64,000 nucleotides of DNA from assembly GCA_963750905.1 (NCBI GenBank), contig CAVVSE010000004.1:1066-65065 (forward strand), in the 5' to 3' direction. The notes beneath the pieces are model-generated. The model had not been told where the DNA came from. It ran no database searches and was given only the letters and a program-made list of their open reading frames with translations. Numbering within the stretch: the first letter of the stretch is position 1; every line of letters starts with the position of its first letter. Shown in pieces: positions 1 to 10,323 of the stretch. The stretch is from an uncultured Acidimicrobiia bacterium. Lineage in GTDB: Bacteria; Actinomycetota; Acidimicrobiia; Acidimicrobiales; Ilumatobacteraceae. The position numbers and the translations under genes were made by a program.

Positions 1-2684
1 TGCCGACGTTCACCACCCCCCGGTTTCTGCGCCTTGTCGCCCCCGAACTCACGTCACGGCACGTGGTCGTGATCGACGAAGCCGGCATGGTCGGCACGAT
101 CGACTTGTACCGAATCATCAGCGCCGCCCGCACCGCGGGCGCCAAGGTGATCCTCGTCGGCGACCATCACCAGCTTCCTGAGATTTCCGCCGGCGGCGGG
201 TTCGCCGGCGCCGTCAACGCCGCCGGCACATACCGTGCCGAGCTGACCGTCAACCGGCGGCAGACCGAACCGTGGGAGATCGACGCCCTCGACCAGCTCC
301 GCCACGGCCACGTCCCGACCGCCTTCCGCACCTACGCCGACCACGACCGCGTCGTCCTGCACGATCGCCTCGAGGACGTTCACGCTGCCGCCGTCGGGGA
401 CTGGTGGCAGTCCTATCGGCAGGGCCGCAACGCCGTCCTACTTGCCGGCACCCGTGCCGAAGCGCGCGCACTCAACCGTGACGGCCGCGCCCAGGCGGCT
501 GCCGCCGGCCTCCTGTCCGGGCCCGTCCTCGACGTCGGTGACCGCCACTTCCAAGCCGGTGACCGGGTCATCCTCACCCGCAACGCCGGCCTCGACCCCA
601 CCACCAAGCGGCGCCGGTCGTGCCGGGTCGACAACGGGATGATCGGCACCATCGCCGCGCTCAACCTCGCCAGCGGCGGGATGACCATCAACCTGGTGAG
701 CGGTCGGCGCATCATCCTGGACGGCGACTACGTCCGCGCCGGCCATGTCGACCACGGCTACGCCGTCACCATCCACAAGGCCCAAGGGGTCACCTGCGAC
801 GAGGTGTTCGTCGTCGGGCCACGCGGCCTCTACCGGCAAGCCGGCTACGTCGCCCTGTCCCGAGCCCGCCACGGCGCCTGGCTGTACGCCACCAGCCACG
901 AAGCCGCCGCCGGCCGGCGGGACGAGCCGCGCCCCCACAGCGTCGACCGGCGAATCCGGATCCTGCCGTCCGAACCCGACGATGACCCCGGCACGGACCT
1001 CCTCGACGCACTCGAACACTCACAGGCCAAGCTGCTCGCCTCCTCCATCACTCCCCACCTCGCCCGCATCGCCGATGTCGCCAACGCCACCACCCTCGCC
1101 GACCTGCAGGCCCGGCAACGGCAGATCGCCCAGGTTGTTCGCCGGCTCGAAGCCGCCGGCCATCGCAACCCGACCGTCGAGCGGCAACGCCTCGACGCCG
1201 CCCGCGCCCACCGCGGATTCCTCCACCACGGGGCACGGGTGCGGGCGTTGGACTGGGACAACGTCGGCACCGTCACCGCCATCGTCGATGTCACCGGCAC
1301 CGCCTACGTCCGCTTCCTCTCCCCGGACGGCCGGCACGCAACCAAGTGCCTGCACTGGTGGGAGATCAAACCGATCGACCACCCAGACCCCGCGGAGCTC
1401 ACCGCCGAGGCCCATGACTACTTCGAGTTGTTGGAGCGGGCGATCAGCGAAGACGAAGCCGTCTGGCACCGACACCTCGCCGACCACGGCATCGCCCCCG
1501 ACGAGCCGGTCGTCGTCCCGGCCGCCATCGCCCATCGCGCCCGCCAGGTTGTCCACCGTCTCGCCGGCCAACAACCCGACTGGCTCAGCTCGTGGCTCGG
1601 CGAACGCCCCCGCGACCCGGCCGGCAAACAGGTGTGGGACGACGAAGTCGCCGCCCTCGCCACCTGGCGCGACACCCACCGCCTCGACGACCACACCGCC
1701 GGCTACGGACCCGCACCCCACGACCCCCAACTGCTCGAGCAGTGGCGGACCAACCTGCAACGCAGCCACGACCTCCACCGCTGGCTCCGCGACCACCAAC
1801 CCGGCCTCGCCCCCGTCCGCGTCACCAACCTCACCGCGGCGGACATCCGCCCACGGCTCGACGAACTCGACACCATCATCGCCGACGCACCGGCCGACCA
1901 AACCCGCATCCTCGATGCTCTCCACAACGGCCAGCTGCACCCCGCCGACCTCGACGACGCCATCCGTCAAGCCCTCGCCACCCAAGACAGCCGACGTGAC
2001 TGGATCCTCGAGCACTGGCCCCACGTCGTCGAACACGCCGAACTCACCCGCCTCGACCACGCACACGGCCCCCTCGACCACTGGCCCAGCCCCCTCACCG
2101 ACGCTGCCCGGCAGCTATACGACCAGCTGGTCGCCGTCATCGTCGACACCCCGGAAACCCGACCGCTCACCCAGCTCGACCACGAACTCGCCGACGCCGA
2201 CCCACGCACCCACATGATCCGGCTCCGCCGCGAGCTCGACACCCTCGACGAACAGCAGCGCCAACTCCACGCCGAACGGGCCGACCTCACCCGGGCCGAG
2301 GAGGTCGCCGACATTGACCGGCACGTCGCCGAACTCCGCCGCCGGTGTCGTGACCTCGACGAGCAACTCGCCCGGTCCACCGCCAAAGTCAGCCTTTGGA
2401 CAAGTGGATACCGGCCGCGCGACCTCACCGACGCCATCAACCGGCGTGGCCAGCACCTCGCCCACCGCGCCGTTGCACTCCCCAGAGGTTCGTGTGGTGA
2501 GCTTCAACGAGCCACTTGTCGACGCCCTCGGACTCGGATCCGGTCGCTTCGGCCGGGCTGCTCGAGTCCAGCGTCTTCCCGGTTGCCCCACTGCACGGCT
2601 CTGCATCACCTCTGCATCGTCGCTACATCGACACAGGTGATGATGGGTGCTCGCGAGGAGGAGCACGATGATGTCGATGGATGA
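1..2684 (+). CDS. Conjugative relaxase/helicase (TraA/MobF-type), C-terminal portion; 5' end lies outside window; 3' end uncertain (2640 or 2684)
   Basis: Frame open from base 3, so no start in window. RecD/TraA-like helicase motifs VVIDEAGMV, KVILVGDHHQLPEI, GYAVTIHKAQGVT, YVALSRAR, followed by a long helical tail. Last ~200 nt have weak third-position GC; a +1 slip near 2480 would end the protein at 2640. Confidence 0.7.
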   Translation, partial: PTFTTPRFLRLVAPELTSRHVVVIDEAGMVGTIDLYRIISAARTAGAKVILVGDHHQLPEISAGGGFAGAVNAAGTYRAELTVNRRQTEPWEIDALDQLRHGHVPTAFRTYADHDRVVLHDRLEDVHAAAVGDWWQSYRQGRNAVLLAGTRAEARALNRDGRAQAAAAGLLSGPVLDVGDRHFQAGDRVILTRNAGLDPTTKRRRSCRVDNGMIGTIAALNLASGGMTINLVSGRRIILDGDYVRAGHVDHGYAVTIHKAQGVTCDEVFVVGPRGLYRQAGYVALSRARHGAWLYATSHEAAAGRRDEPRPHSVDRRIRILPSEPDDDPGTDLLDALEHSQAKLLASSITPHLARIADVANATTLADLQARQRQIAQVVRRLEAAGHRNPTVERQRLDAARAHRGFLHHGARVRALDWDNVGTVTAIVDVTGTAYVRFLSPDGRHATKCLHWWEIKPIDHPDPAELTAEAHDYFELLERAISEDEAVWHRHLADHGIAPDEPVVVPAAIAHRARQVVHRLAGQQPDWLSSWLGERPRDPAGKQVWDDEVAALATWRDTHRLDDHTAGYGPAPHDPQLLEQWRTNLQRSHDLHRWLRDHQPGLAPVRVTNLTAADIRPRLDELDTIIADAPADQTRILDALHNGQLHPADLDDAIRQALATQDSRRDWILEHWPHVVEHAELTRLDHAHGPLDHWPSPLTDAARQLYDQLVAVIVDTPETRPLTQLDHELADADPRTHMIRLRRELDTLDEQQRQLHAERADLTRAEEVADIDRHVAELRRRCRDLDEQLARSTAKVSLWTSGYRPRDLTDAINRRGQHLAHRAVALPRGSCGELQRATCRRPRTRIRSLRPGCSSPASSRLPHCTALHHLCIVATSTQVMMGAREEEHDDVDG

Positions 2685-3744
2685 GCTCGAACAGGACCGC
2701 GCCGAGGCATTCGCCGGCCGGCTGATCGGCGTGGTCAACGATGGGATGTTGGCATTGATGGTCAGCGTGGGCCATCGCACGGGATTGTTCGACGCGATGG
2801 CCGGACTGGAACGGGCTGACTCGGCCACGATCGCGTCGTCAGCCGGTCTCCAGGAGCGCTACGTGCGCGAGTGGCTCGGCGCGATGACGACGGGTGGGAT
2901 CGTCGACTTCGATGGCGCGGACGCCACGTACCACCTCCCACAAGAGCATGCGATGTCGCTGACTCGGGCTGCAGGGACCGGGAACCTCGCCTCGTACACG
3001 CAGTTCGTGGCCATGTTGGGCCAGGTCGAGAGTGCCATCGTGGCGGCGTTTCGAGAGGGAGGCGGCGTGCCCTATGCGGAGTTCCCCGACTTCCAGCGGG
3101 TGATGGCCGAAGAGAGCTCGAAGGTGTTCGATGCCACGCTGCTGTCCTTCGTGCTGCCGCTGGTGCCTGGGTTGCCGGGTCGCCTGGACGATGGGATCGA
3201 CGTCGGCGACGTGGGCTGCGGCTCCGGGCATGCGATCAACCTGATGGCCGCTGCCTACCCCCGGAGCCGGTTCACCGGCTTCGACTTCTCCGCAGAGGGT
3301 GTGGCCGCGGGCACGGCGGAGGCTTCGGCGAGGAAACTGGACAACGCGCGGTTCGAGGTTCGCGATGCGGCGACACTCGGTGGGCCAGCCAACTTCGACC
3401 TGGTGACGACGTTCGATTCCATCCACGACCAGGCCCATCCGGACCGGGTGCTACGCGGCATCTTCGAGATGCTGCGACACGGCGGTACCTACCTGTGCGT
3501 GGACGTCAAGGCGTCGAGCTACCTCGCCGACAACGTCGATCATGCGCTCGGCCCGTTCTTCTACACCGTCTCGTGCATGCACTGCATGACGGTCTCGCTG
3601 GCGCAGGGCGGCGCTGGCCTCGGCGCCGTCTGGGGCGAGCAGACGGCGATGCGGATGATGGAGGAGGCGGGCTTCACCGACGTGCGCACCGAGACCGTGC
3701 CCGGCGACATCACCAACAACTACTACATCGCACGACGCCCATGA
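2668..3744 (+). CDS. SAM-dependent methyltransferase, Rv2258c-like (N-terminal winged-helix dimerisation domain + class I MTase)
   Basis: ATG 2668 preceded by AGGAGGAG. SAM motif [23 protein letters not shown]-terminal [13 protein letters not shown]. Stop overlaps next start (ATGA at 3741). Roughly 40% identical by eye to the paralog at 15997-17118. Confidence 0.8.
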   Translation: MMSMDELEQDRAEAFAGRLIGVVNDGMLALMVSVGHRTGLFDAMAGLERADSATIASSAGLQERYVREWLGAMTTGGIVDFDGADATYHLPQEHAMSLTRAAGTGNLASYTQFVAMLGQVESAIVAAFREGGGVPYAEFPDFQRVMAEESSKVFDATLLSFVLPLVPGLPGRLDDGIDVGDVGCGSGHAINLMAAAYPRSRFTGFDFSAEGVAAGTAEASARKLDNARFEVRDAATLGGPANFDLVTTFDSIHDQAHPDRVLRGIFEMLRHGGTYLCVDVKASSYLADNVDHALGPFFYTVSCMHCMTVSLAQGGAGLGAVWGEQTAMRMMEEAGFTDVRTETVPGDITNNYYIARRP

Positions 3745-5006
3745 GCGCCCCGCTGCAGGCCAAGACCGAGGCCGGCCGACGCCTGGTCGACCTCGCCGAC
3801 AAACACGCCGTGGAGTTCGCAACGACCGCCCCCGCGCACGATCGTGATGCGACGTACCCGGCCGAGAACGTCGCCGCGATGCACCGTAGCGATTTCCTCG
3901 CCGCCGTCGTGCCGAAGGAGTTCGGTGGGATGGGCGTCGATTCCGTGCACGACCACACCGTGGCGATCAGCCGTCTAGCCCGCGGTGACGCAGCGACAGC
4001 CCTCGCCGCGACGATGCACGCGATCACCCCGTTCGGCATCGCCCGGGCGTGGCGCCAAGCAGTGGCTACAGGCGAACGTGAGGAGGCGGAGGGGTTGGCT
4101 GCGTTCCTGACGCTGTTGGCATCGGGCGACGTATTGGTGGCGGTGGCGGTGACGGAAGGTGGTACGACGTTCCTCCACCCGTTGACCGAGGCTCGGCCCG
4201 TCGATGCGGGATACGCCCTAACCGGGCGCAAGACCTTCTCGACGAACTCGTCTGCGGCCCAGCTGTTCGCAGTGACCTGCCGGGTGAAGGACGGGAGCGA
4301 CGGCGGCCAGGCGGGTGCGGGCGACGGGTTCGGGTTCTGCTTCGTGCCAGGGGATGCGCCGGGTCTGACCGTCCGCGACGACTGGGATGCGATGGGGATG
4401 CGGGCGACGCGGAGCAACGACGTGATCTTCGACGGTTGCGTCGTGCCCTCGGAGATGATGACCGTCCTGGGGCCTTGGGGACAGTGGAGCGTTCCGCTGC
4501 TGTCTGACATGCTCTCCGGCAGTTGTGTGCTCCTCGGTGCGTTCCTCGGCGTCGCCGAGGCGGCACGAGACCATGTCATCGCCTCTGTCACCACGCGCCG
4601 CAAGGCGCCCGGCGACCGGCTGCTCGCCGACCGGGCGCCGATCCAGCAGGTCGTTGCCGAGATCGAGGTCCACCTCACCGCCGCGCGGGCCACGCTCGAG
4701 CGGACCACGCTGGCAGTGGACGACTTCTTCGCGACGCACACTCCGGCGCAGGAGTCCTTCGAAGAGCTCCACCCGTTGATGATGGATTTCCAGTGCACGA
4801 ACCTTGTCGTGAAGCGCGCCGCCCTTGCGATCCTTGACCTTGCGCTGACGGCATCGGGCGGTGCCGGGTACCTGTCCAGCAACCCCCTGTCCCGCCTGTA
4901 CCGGGAGGTTCGCGCCGGGCCTTTCATGCAGCCGTACTCACCCCTCGAGGCGTGGGAGTACATCGCACGCGTCGTGCTCGACCTCGACCCTCACCTCCAG
5001 CTGTGA
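3741..5006 (+). CDS. Acyl-CoA dehydrogenase-fold flavoprotein (ACAD or flavin monooxygenase-like)
   Basis: ATGA overlap with upstream methyltransferase. ACAD-fold signatures [51 protein letters not shown]. High GC3. Confidence 0.75.
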   Translation: MSAPLQAKTEAGRRLVDLADKHAVEFATTAPAHDRDATYPAENVAAMHRSDFLAAVVPKEFGGMGVDSVHDHTVAISRLARGDAATALAATMHAITPFGIARAWRQAVATGEREEAEGLAAFLTLLASGDVLVAVAVTEGGTTFLHPLTEARPVDAGYALTGRKTFSTNSSAAQLFAVTCRVKDGSDGGQAGAGDGFGFCFVPGDAPGLTVRDDWDAMGMRATRSNDVIFDGCVVPSEMMTVLGPWGQWSVPLLSDMLSGSCVLLGAFLGVAEAARDHVIASVTTRRKAPGDRLLADRAPIQQVVAEIEVHLTAARATLERTTLAVDDFFATHTPAQESFEELHPLMMDFQCTNLVVKRAALAILDLALTASGGAGYLSSNPLSRLYREVRAGPFMQPYSPLEAWEYIARVVLDLDPHLQL

Positions 5007-5031
5007 GCTGAGCCACGTGTAGTTTCGCCGT

Positions 5032-8000
5032 GTGGCGTCACCGTCGCCGTTCGCCGGAATCCAGTTCCGCGTGCTCGGCCCGTTCGAGGTGGTGTGCGAC
5101 GGGGTCGTGGTGCCGCTGACCAGCGCCAAGCAACGTCTGCTCCTGGCGATGCTGGTAGTTCACGCCAACGCGGTGGTGTCCATCGACTCCCTGATCGACG
5201 CGCTGTGGCCCACCGGGGCGCCTGCCACCGCGAAGGGGGTCGTGCGCACATACGTGAGCCAGCTGCGCAAGACGCTGCGCAGCGGCATGCCCTCCGGAGC
5301 GGCGATGCTTACTACGGTCGATCCGGGCTACCGGCTGGTGGTCGGCGCAGACGCCGTGGACGCCACCCGCTTCAAGGAACTCGTGGACTTCGGACGGTTC
5401 GCACTGGCGCACGGGCGGGCAGCCGAGGCCCACGAGTCGCTCGACGAGGCACTTGCGCTCTGGCGGGGACCGGCTCTGGCGGACGTGGCCGACGAGCAGA
5501 CCCTCGGTCTGGAGGTGCAACGTCTCGATGCGCTCCACGCCCTCGCCCTGGAGGATCGGATCGAGGCTGGGATCGCGCTCGGCCGGCATCGTGAATTGGT
5601 GGGCGAACTCGATGCGCTGGTCGCCTGCCACCCGCTCCGTGAACGGTTGTGGGCTCAACTGATGATGTGCCTGTACCGCAGCGGTCGCCAAGCCGATGCG
5701 CTGCGTGCGTACCAGCGGCTGCGTCGCCGGCTGGCCGAGGAGCTGGGGCTCGAGCCCAGTTCGGCACTGTCCGATCTGGAACATGACATCCTGTCCCACG
5801 CGCCGTCGCTGGCCGGGGTGCAGTGCGATCCACCCGTACGCGCCGCCCGGGTGGAGGTCGTTCGACAGGCGCGCGTCGTGGTCGTCGACGACGTCGACGC
5901 CCGGTCATCCGCCGGCACGCTGGGGCTCGTCGGACGCGACCTCGAGCTCGCCGACTTGGGTCACCTTCTCGGTCGCGCGCGGCTGGTCACCCTCCTTGGC
6001 CCAGGCGGCGTCGGCAAGACGCACCTCGCCCGCGCTGCCGCCGCAATGGAGCAGTCCCGTCGCCGTCTCACGGTCGTGCCGCTCGCCACGTTGACGGACC
6101 ATGCCGGCATCGTCGACCTCCTCGCACAGCGGCTCTACCTCCGATCTGGTGAAGGGGACCTCCTCGGCTCATGTGTCGAGCTCCTCCGAGCGGACGAACG
6201 CCTACTCGTCTTCGACAACTGTGAGCACCTCCTCTCAGCCGTCCGTGACGTCGTCGCCGAGCTCCTCGACGCCTGCCCGGACCTGAGCGTGCTGACCACC
6301 AGCCGCGAACGGTTGGGGCTTCCCGTCGAGCAGACCTACCGGCTCCAGCCGTTGGCGGTGCCGGCCAGCGACGACGCCACAGATCTCGGAAGCGTTCCGT
6401 CGGTGGCATTGTTCGTGGTGCTCGCCCAAAGGATCCGGCCGGAGTTCTCGATTGATCCCGCCCAACTCGTCACGATCGCGGGCATCGTGCGCCGGCTCGA
6501 CGGCCTCCCTCTGGCCATCGAGCTCGCGGCTGGGCGCCTCTCAACACTCAACATCGACGACCTCGGGGATCGGCTCGACCGCGCCCTCGATCTCCTCCAC
6601 GGTGGCCGCACCACCGCCGATGCGCGCCACGAAACCCTTCGCAGCACCGTCGAATGGTCCTACCGTCTACTCCACCCCGACGAGCAACGACTGTTCCGGC
6701 ACCTGGCGATCTACCCGGACGGATTCGACCTGGTCACTGCGGAACAGGTCGCCGCCAATCTCGGCGGCACCCTGGATCCGGTCGGCGCGCTGGCGCACCT
6801 GGTCGATGCGTCGATGATCGCCGCATCGCTCGATGGCCGGGTGCGCTACTGGATGCTCGACACCCTGCGCTCGTTCGGCCTCGACCAGCTCGTAGCCGAG
6901 CACGAGCACGACGCAGCCACCGAACGGCGGCAGCGGTGGGCGGCGGACACCGCCCGGTGGATCGCGTCCACCATCGACGGACCCGACGAAGCGATCGCGG
7001 ACGCCCGGCTCCGCGCAGAGACCGGCAACCTACGGTCCGCGTGGCGCTGGGCGCGCACAACCGGCGACCTCGACCTCTGCGTCGACATCCTTGGCCACCT
7101 CGGCACCCCCGCCACGCAGCGCAACCTGATCGAGATCGCCGGCTGGGCGCGCGAGCTCGCTGGCGACCCGGCCGTCCCGCAGCACCGCCGGGGCGCCATG
7201 GTCCTCGCACAGGCCGCTGATGCTGCGATGAGTGCCGGTGACCTCGACGACGCCGCCGTGCTGCTGGAGCGGAGCATGGCCCTTCCCGGCGGCGACGAGG
7301 CCGATCGAGCGGTGCGCGGCTCCATCCTTGCAGCCCTGTACCTGTTCCGCGGCGACCTCGACCGCACGCTTCCCGTGGCGCTCCTGGCCCAACACCCCGC
7401 GACATTCGGCATCGCCACGGCCGCGGCGGCGCTCGCCGCCGCCTATGGAGGAGATCTGGCGACCGCCCGCGAGATCAACGAGCACGCCACGCGCTCATCG
7501 CCCAGCAGGAAGGGTTGGTACCACTACGTCGCCGGCGAGATCGACGGCCTGGATGGACGCTGGGCCGACGCCGAGATGCAGTACCGGGCCGCCCACGTCC
7601 AAAGCCGCATCGGCGGGACCACCTTTCTGGAGGGCGTCGCGTCGGTCGGGATCGTCTCCGCCCAGGTCGCCAGCGAGCAATACCACCGGGCGCTCCTCGG
7701 CTACCGAGAGCTGCTGGACCTCTGGGACCGCACCGGCGCCTGGACCCAGCAATGGACCACCCTGCGGAACACCGCCGACCTCCTCGATCGACTTGGAGAC
7801 CCAGAAACGGGCGCGCTGCTGCGTCAGGCCGCCGCCGACGCCCCCGAAGCAGCAGCGGTGCAGCCCGTCCAGGGGGCCGGCACCCGCGTCGGCACCGGCG
7901 GCACTGCGCTCCGTGGCCGATCACGCGAGGAGGTCGTCGACATCGCCCGAGGGGCGATCACGCACTGGCTGCACGAAACCGGAGACCACAACAGCCACCC

Positions 8001-8085
8001 ATCCGGCACGAACCGGGTCAAGGTTTCATCGCAAGGTCGCTCTCCGCACGCAGTCGTCGAGTCGCACAACGGCCAGCGCCGCTGA
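5032..8085 (+). CDS. AfsR/SARP-family regulator: OmpR-type wHTH + BTAD + NB-ARC-like P-loop NTPase + TPR-like C-terminus
   Basis: FRVLGPFEV..AKQRLLLAML..IDALWP (wHTH); LRERLWAQLMMCLYRSGRQADALRAYQRLRRRLAEELGLEPS (BTAD); P-loop LLGPGGVGKTHLA; LLVFDNCEHL; GLPLAIELAAGRL; about 450 aa helical repeats. Uninterrupted 1017-codon ORF. Confidence 0.85.
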   Translation: MASPSPFAGIQFRVLGPFEVVCDGVVVPLTSAKQRLLLAMLVVHANAVVSIDSLIDALWPTGAPATAKGVVRTYVSQLRKTLRSGMPSGAAMLTTVDPGYRLVVGADAVDATRFKELVDFGRFALAHGRAAEAHESLDEALALWRGPALADVADEQTLGLEVQRLDALHALALEDRIEAGIALGRHRELVGELDALVACHPLRERLWAQLMMCLYRSGRQADALRAYQRLRRRLAEELGLEPSSALSDLEHDILSHAPSLAGVQCDPPVRAARVEVVRQARVVVVDDVDARSSAGTLGLVGRDLELADLGHLLGRARLVTLLGPGGVGKTHLARAAAAMEQSRRRLTVVPLATLTDHAGIVDLLAQRLYLRSGEGDLLGSCVELLRADERLLVFDNCEHLLSAVRDVVAELLDACPDLSVLTTSRERLGLPVEQTYRLQPLAVPASDDATDLGSVPSVALFVVLAQRIRPEFSIDPAQLVTIAGIVRRLDGLPLAIELAAGRLSTLNIDDLGDRLDRALDLLHGGRTTADARHETLRSTVEWSYRLLHPDEQRLFRHLAIYPDGFDLVTAEQVAANLGGTLDPVGALAHLVDASMIAASLDGRVRYWMLDTLRSFGLDQLVAEHEHDAATERRQRWAADTARWIASTIDGPDEAIADARLRAETGNLRSAWRWARTTGDLDLCVDILGHLGTPATQRNLIEIAGWARELAGDPAVPQHRRGAMVLAQAADAAMSAGDLDDAAVLLERSMALPGGDEADRAVRGSILAALYLFRGDLDRTLPVALLAQHPATFGIATAAAALAAAYGGDLATAREINEHATRSSPSRKGWYHYVAGEIDGLDGRWADAEMQYRAAHVQSRIGGTTFLEGVASVGIVSAQVASEQYHRALLGYRELLDLWDRTGAWTQQWTTLRNTADLLDRLGDPETGALLRQAAADAPEAAAVQPVQGAGTRVGTGGTALRGRSREEVVDIARGAITHWLHETGDHNSHPSGTNRVKVSSQGRSPHAVVESHNGQRR

Positions 8086-8583
8086 GCACCGGCGCTCACC
8101 TCCGCAGTCGGAATCCAGGCCACCGGCGCAGGTTCTGGTCCTTGACGCCGCCCGAGGTCCGGCGGTATGGGACGCGGTCGGGTGGGTTATTCCCCGTCTT
8201 ATTCAGACACCTCGGAGCGTAGGTAGCGATCTGGACACGTGCGGGGGAACCTGAATGTCCACCACACCATGGGACTCATACGGCCGAGACATCACCTACG
8301 TCGTGGTGGGTGATGTGGGAGGGACCGGCGCGAGTGTCGAGGAGGTCGTGGCCTGCGGCCGTCGCGGAGGGGGCCGGCGCACGCGATCGACGCGTACTCG
8401 CCTCGTGTCATGCCCGGAGAAGCTGGCGGAGGGAACGAGAGCCGTCGGTTGAGACGGTTGCTGGGGCCGCCGTGTTCGCGCGATCCGTCACGGTCTATCC
8501 GCGATGAGTTTCGACCGCGTCGTCGGTATGTACCTGTAAGGCCACCGGATCCACCGGTGAGCGCAGACGACAGGGAGAGACCA

Positions 8584-8985
8584 ATGTCAGATGTCCGAAC
8601 CACAGACGAGGCCGCGATCCGCGATGTCTTCGAGGACTCGTACCGAGCGTGGGCCGCCGGGGACGCCGACGGCATGGTCGCGGCCTACACCGACGACGCC
8701 TCCGCGATCATGCCCGGTGCGCTGCGTGACAGCCGAAAGGTGATCCGGGACAGCATGGCGGCCGCGTTCGCGGGGCCGCTGAAGAGTACCTCGACGTTCA
8801 ACAAGCAGCTGAGCGTCCGGTTCGTCGGCACCGACGTCGCTATCGTCCTCAGCGAGTCCGGGATCCTCTTCCCTGGGCAGTCCGAGGTGCCGCTCGAGGG
8901 CAGGGTGAACTGCACATGGGTGCTGGAGAAGCAGGACGGGGCGTGGATGATCGCGGCGTACCACAACAGCCCGATCCAGGTGTGA
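8584..8985 (+). CDS. NTF2-like protein, SgcJ/EcaC (DUF4440/SnoaL-like) family
   Basis: ATG 8584 with GGGAGAG 4 nt upstream. AIRDVFEDSYRAWAAGDADGMVAAYTDDA.. and ..WMIAAYHNSP are typical of TIGR02246-type NTF2 proteins. Stop overlaps next start (GTGA). Confidence 0.75.
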   Translation: MSDVRTTDEAAIRDVFEDSYRAWAAGDADGMVAAYTDDASAIMPGALRDSRKVIRDSMAAAFAGPLKSTSTFNKQLSVRFVGTDVAIVLSESGILFPGQSEVPLEGRVNCTWVLEKQDGAWMIAAYHNSPIQV

Positions 8986-9950
8986 CGGCAACTGCGTCGG
9001 AGTTTCACGCCCGTCTCGAACCGTACCGTGGCGAGGTGGTGGCGTACTGCTACCGCATGCTTGGCTCGGTGCACGATGCCGAGGACCTGGTGCAGGACAC
9101 GTACCTGCGCGCTTGGCGGGCTCGAGATCAGTACGACGAAGAGCGTGCGTCCGTGCGGACGTGGCTGTATCGGATCGCGACCAACGTGTGTCTGACCGCG
9201 CTCACCGACCGTCGACGTCGTCCGCTTCCCTCGGGGCTGGTGGCACCGAGGGAAGCGCTGGCGCCGTTCACGATGGACGCCGAGATCAACTGGCTTCAAC
9301 CGCTGCCCGACGCGTTGATCGCGACGGCTGATCCTGAAGCAACTGCGGTCGATCGCAGCAGCCTGCGTCTGGCATTTGTTGCGGCGATGCAACACCTCTC
9401 CCCGCAACAGCGCGGGGCGCTGCTCCTGCGCGAAGTGCTCAGCTTCTCGGCTGCTGAGTCGGCCGACATCCTCGGCATCAGCATCGCCGCCGTCAACAGC
9501 TCACTGCAGCGAGCGCGCGCCCGGATGAAGGAAACTGACCTTCAGAGCCAGCTGATCGACGAGCCGCCGGCGGCCGAGCAGCGCGCCTGGGTCGAGCGCT
9601 ACATGACAGCGTTCGAACGCGCCGACGTCGAAGCGCTCAAACGGCTGATCACCCAGGACGTGGTGATGGAGATGCCCCCGCTGCTCAACTGGTTCGCGGG
9701 CGCCGACAACTACGGGCTGTTCATGGAATGGGTCTTCGAGGCGAACGGCACAGACTGGCGCCTCGTGGCCGTCGCCGCGAACGGGCAACCGGCCTTCGCC
9801 GCCTACAACCGGGTCGGCACGGAGTACCGCCTGCACACGTTGCAGGTCCTGACTGTCACCGCCGGCGGGATCAGCCACAACACGGTGTTCCAAGACGATG
9901 CGATCTTCGCGTCCTTTGGGCTCTCGCCAAGCCTCATGACCCCTTCCTGA
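8982..9950 (+). CDS. ECF sigma factor with C-terminal SnoaL/NTF2-like extension (SigJ/SigG-like)
   Basis: GTG 8982 overlaps upstream stop. Region 2 DAEDLVQDTYLRAWRA..VRTWLYRIATNVCL; region 4 LSPQQRGALLLREVLSFSAAESADILGISIAAVNSSLQRAR; then about 140 aa NTF2-like tail. Confidence 0.85.
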   Translation: MTATASEFHARLEPYRGEVVAYCYRMLGSVHDAEDLVQDTYLRAWRARDQYDEERASVRTWLYRIATNVCLTALTDRRRRPLPSGLVAPREALAPFTMDAEINWLQPLPDALIATADPEATAVDRSSLRLAFVAAMQHLSPQQRGALLLREVLSFSAAESADILGISIAAVNSSLQRARARMKETDLQSQLIDEPPAAEQRAWVERYMTAFERADVEALKRLITQDVVMEMPPLLNWFAGADNYGLFMEWVFEANGTDWRLVAVAANGQPAFAAYNRVGTEYRLHTLQVLTVTAGGISHNTVFQDDAIFASFGLSPSLMTPS

Positions 9951-10323
9951 AACGCTCGACAACACAACGAGCAGCAGCAGATCGGTACATTCTTCCGGCG
10001 GGCGCGCCTCTAGGTCATGTGCCCGGGCGTCGTGGCCGGGCGGGCTCCATCCACCACCTCACCGTGCGCCGGGCTGCGGCGGACGCGCCGCGGTCTCGGC
10101 GAGGACACCGACCCGGCGTTCGCAGACGCGAGCGATCGGGCTATTCGGCGTCGTTCTCGGATACGTGAATGGCGGCGCCGATTCGCTTGGCCGGCGTGGC
10201 GATCGCGTTCCCTGAGCCGTTGATCTGGCGACTTCGAGGCGGCCCGCGACTTCGCGGGGCTGCTTCCGATCGTGCAGTGTCTGGTCGTGAGTACCGCCCG
10301 CGTCGAGCGATCGGGCTGAACTG

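Noticed and set aside
8255-8452. 65-codon ORF with a plausible SD (GGGGGA) in the 500-nt gap before the NTF2/ECF pair; considered as a small or RiPP-like peptide.
   Set aside because: Third-position GC is only about 70%, against about 90% in real genes here. The C-terminal half is Arg/Gly junk, and no partner modification enzymes are nearby.
10130-10317. 13-nt direct repeat GAGCGATCGGGCT at 10130 and 10305, flanking the region upstream of the ZIP transporter; considered as target-site duplication or an operator pair.
   Set aside because: Many 13-mer coincidences are expected in 64 kb of biased-composition DNA. No element-like content lies between the copies, and no Zur-box-like AT-rich palindrome is present.
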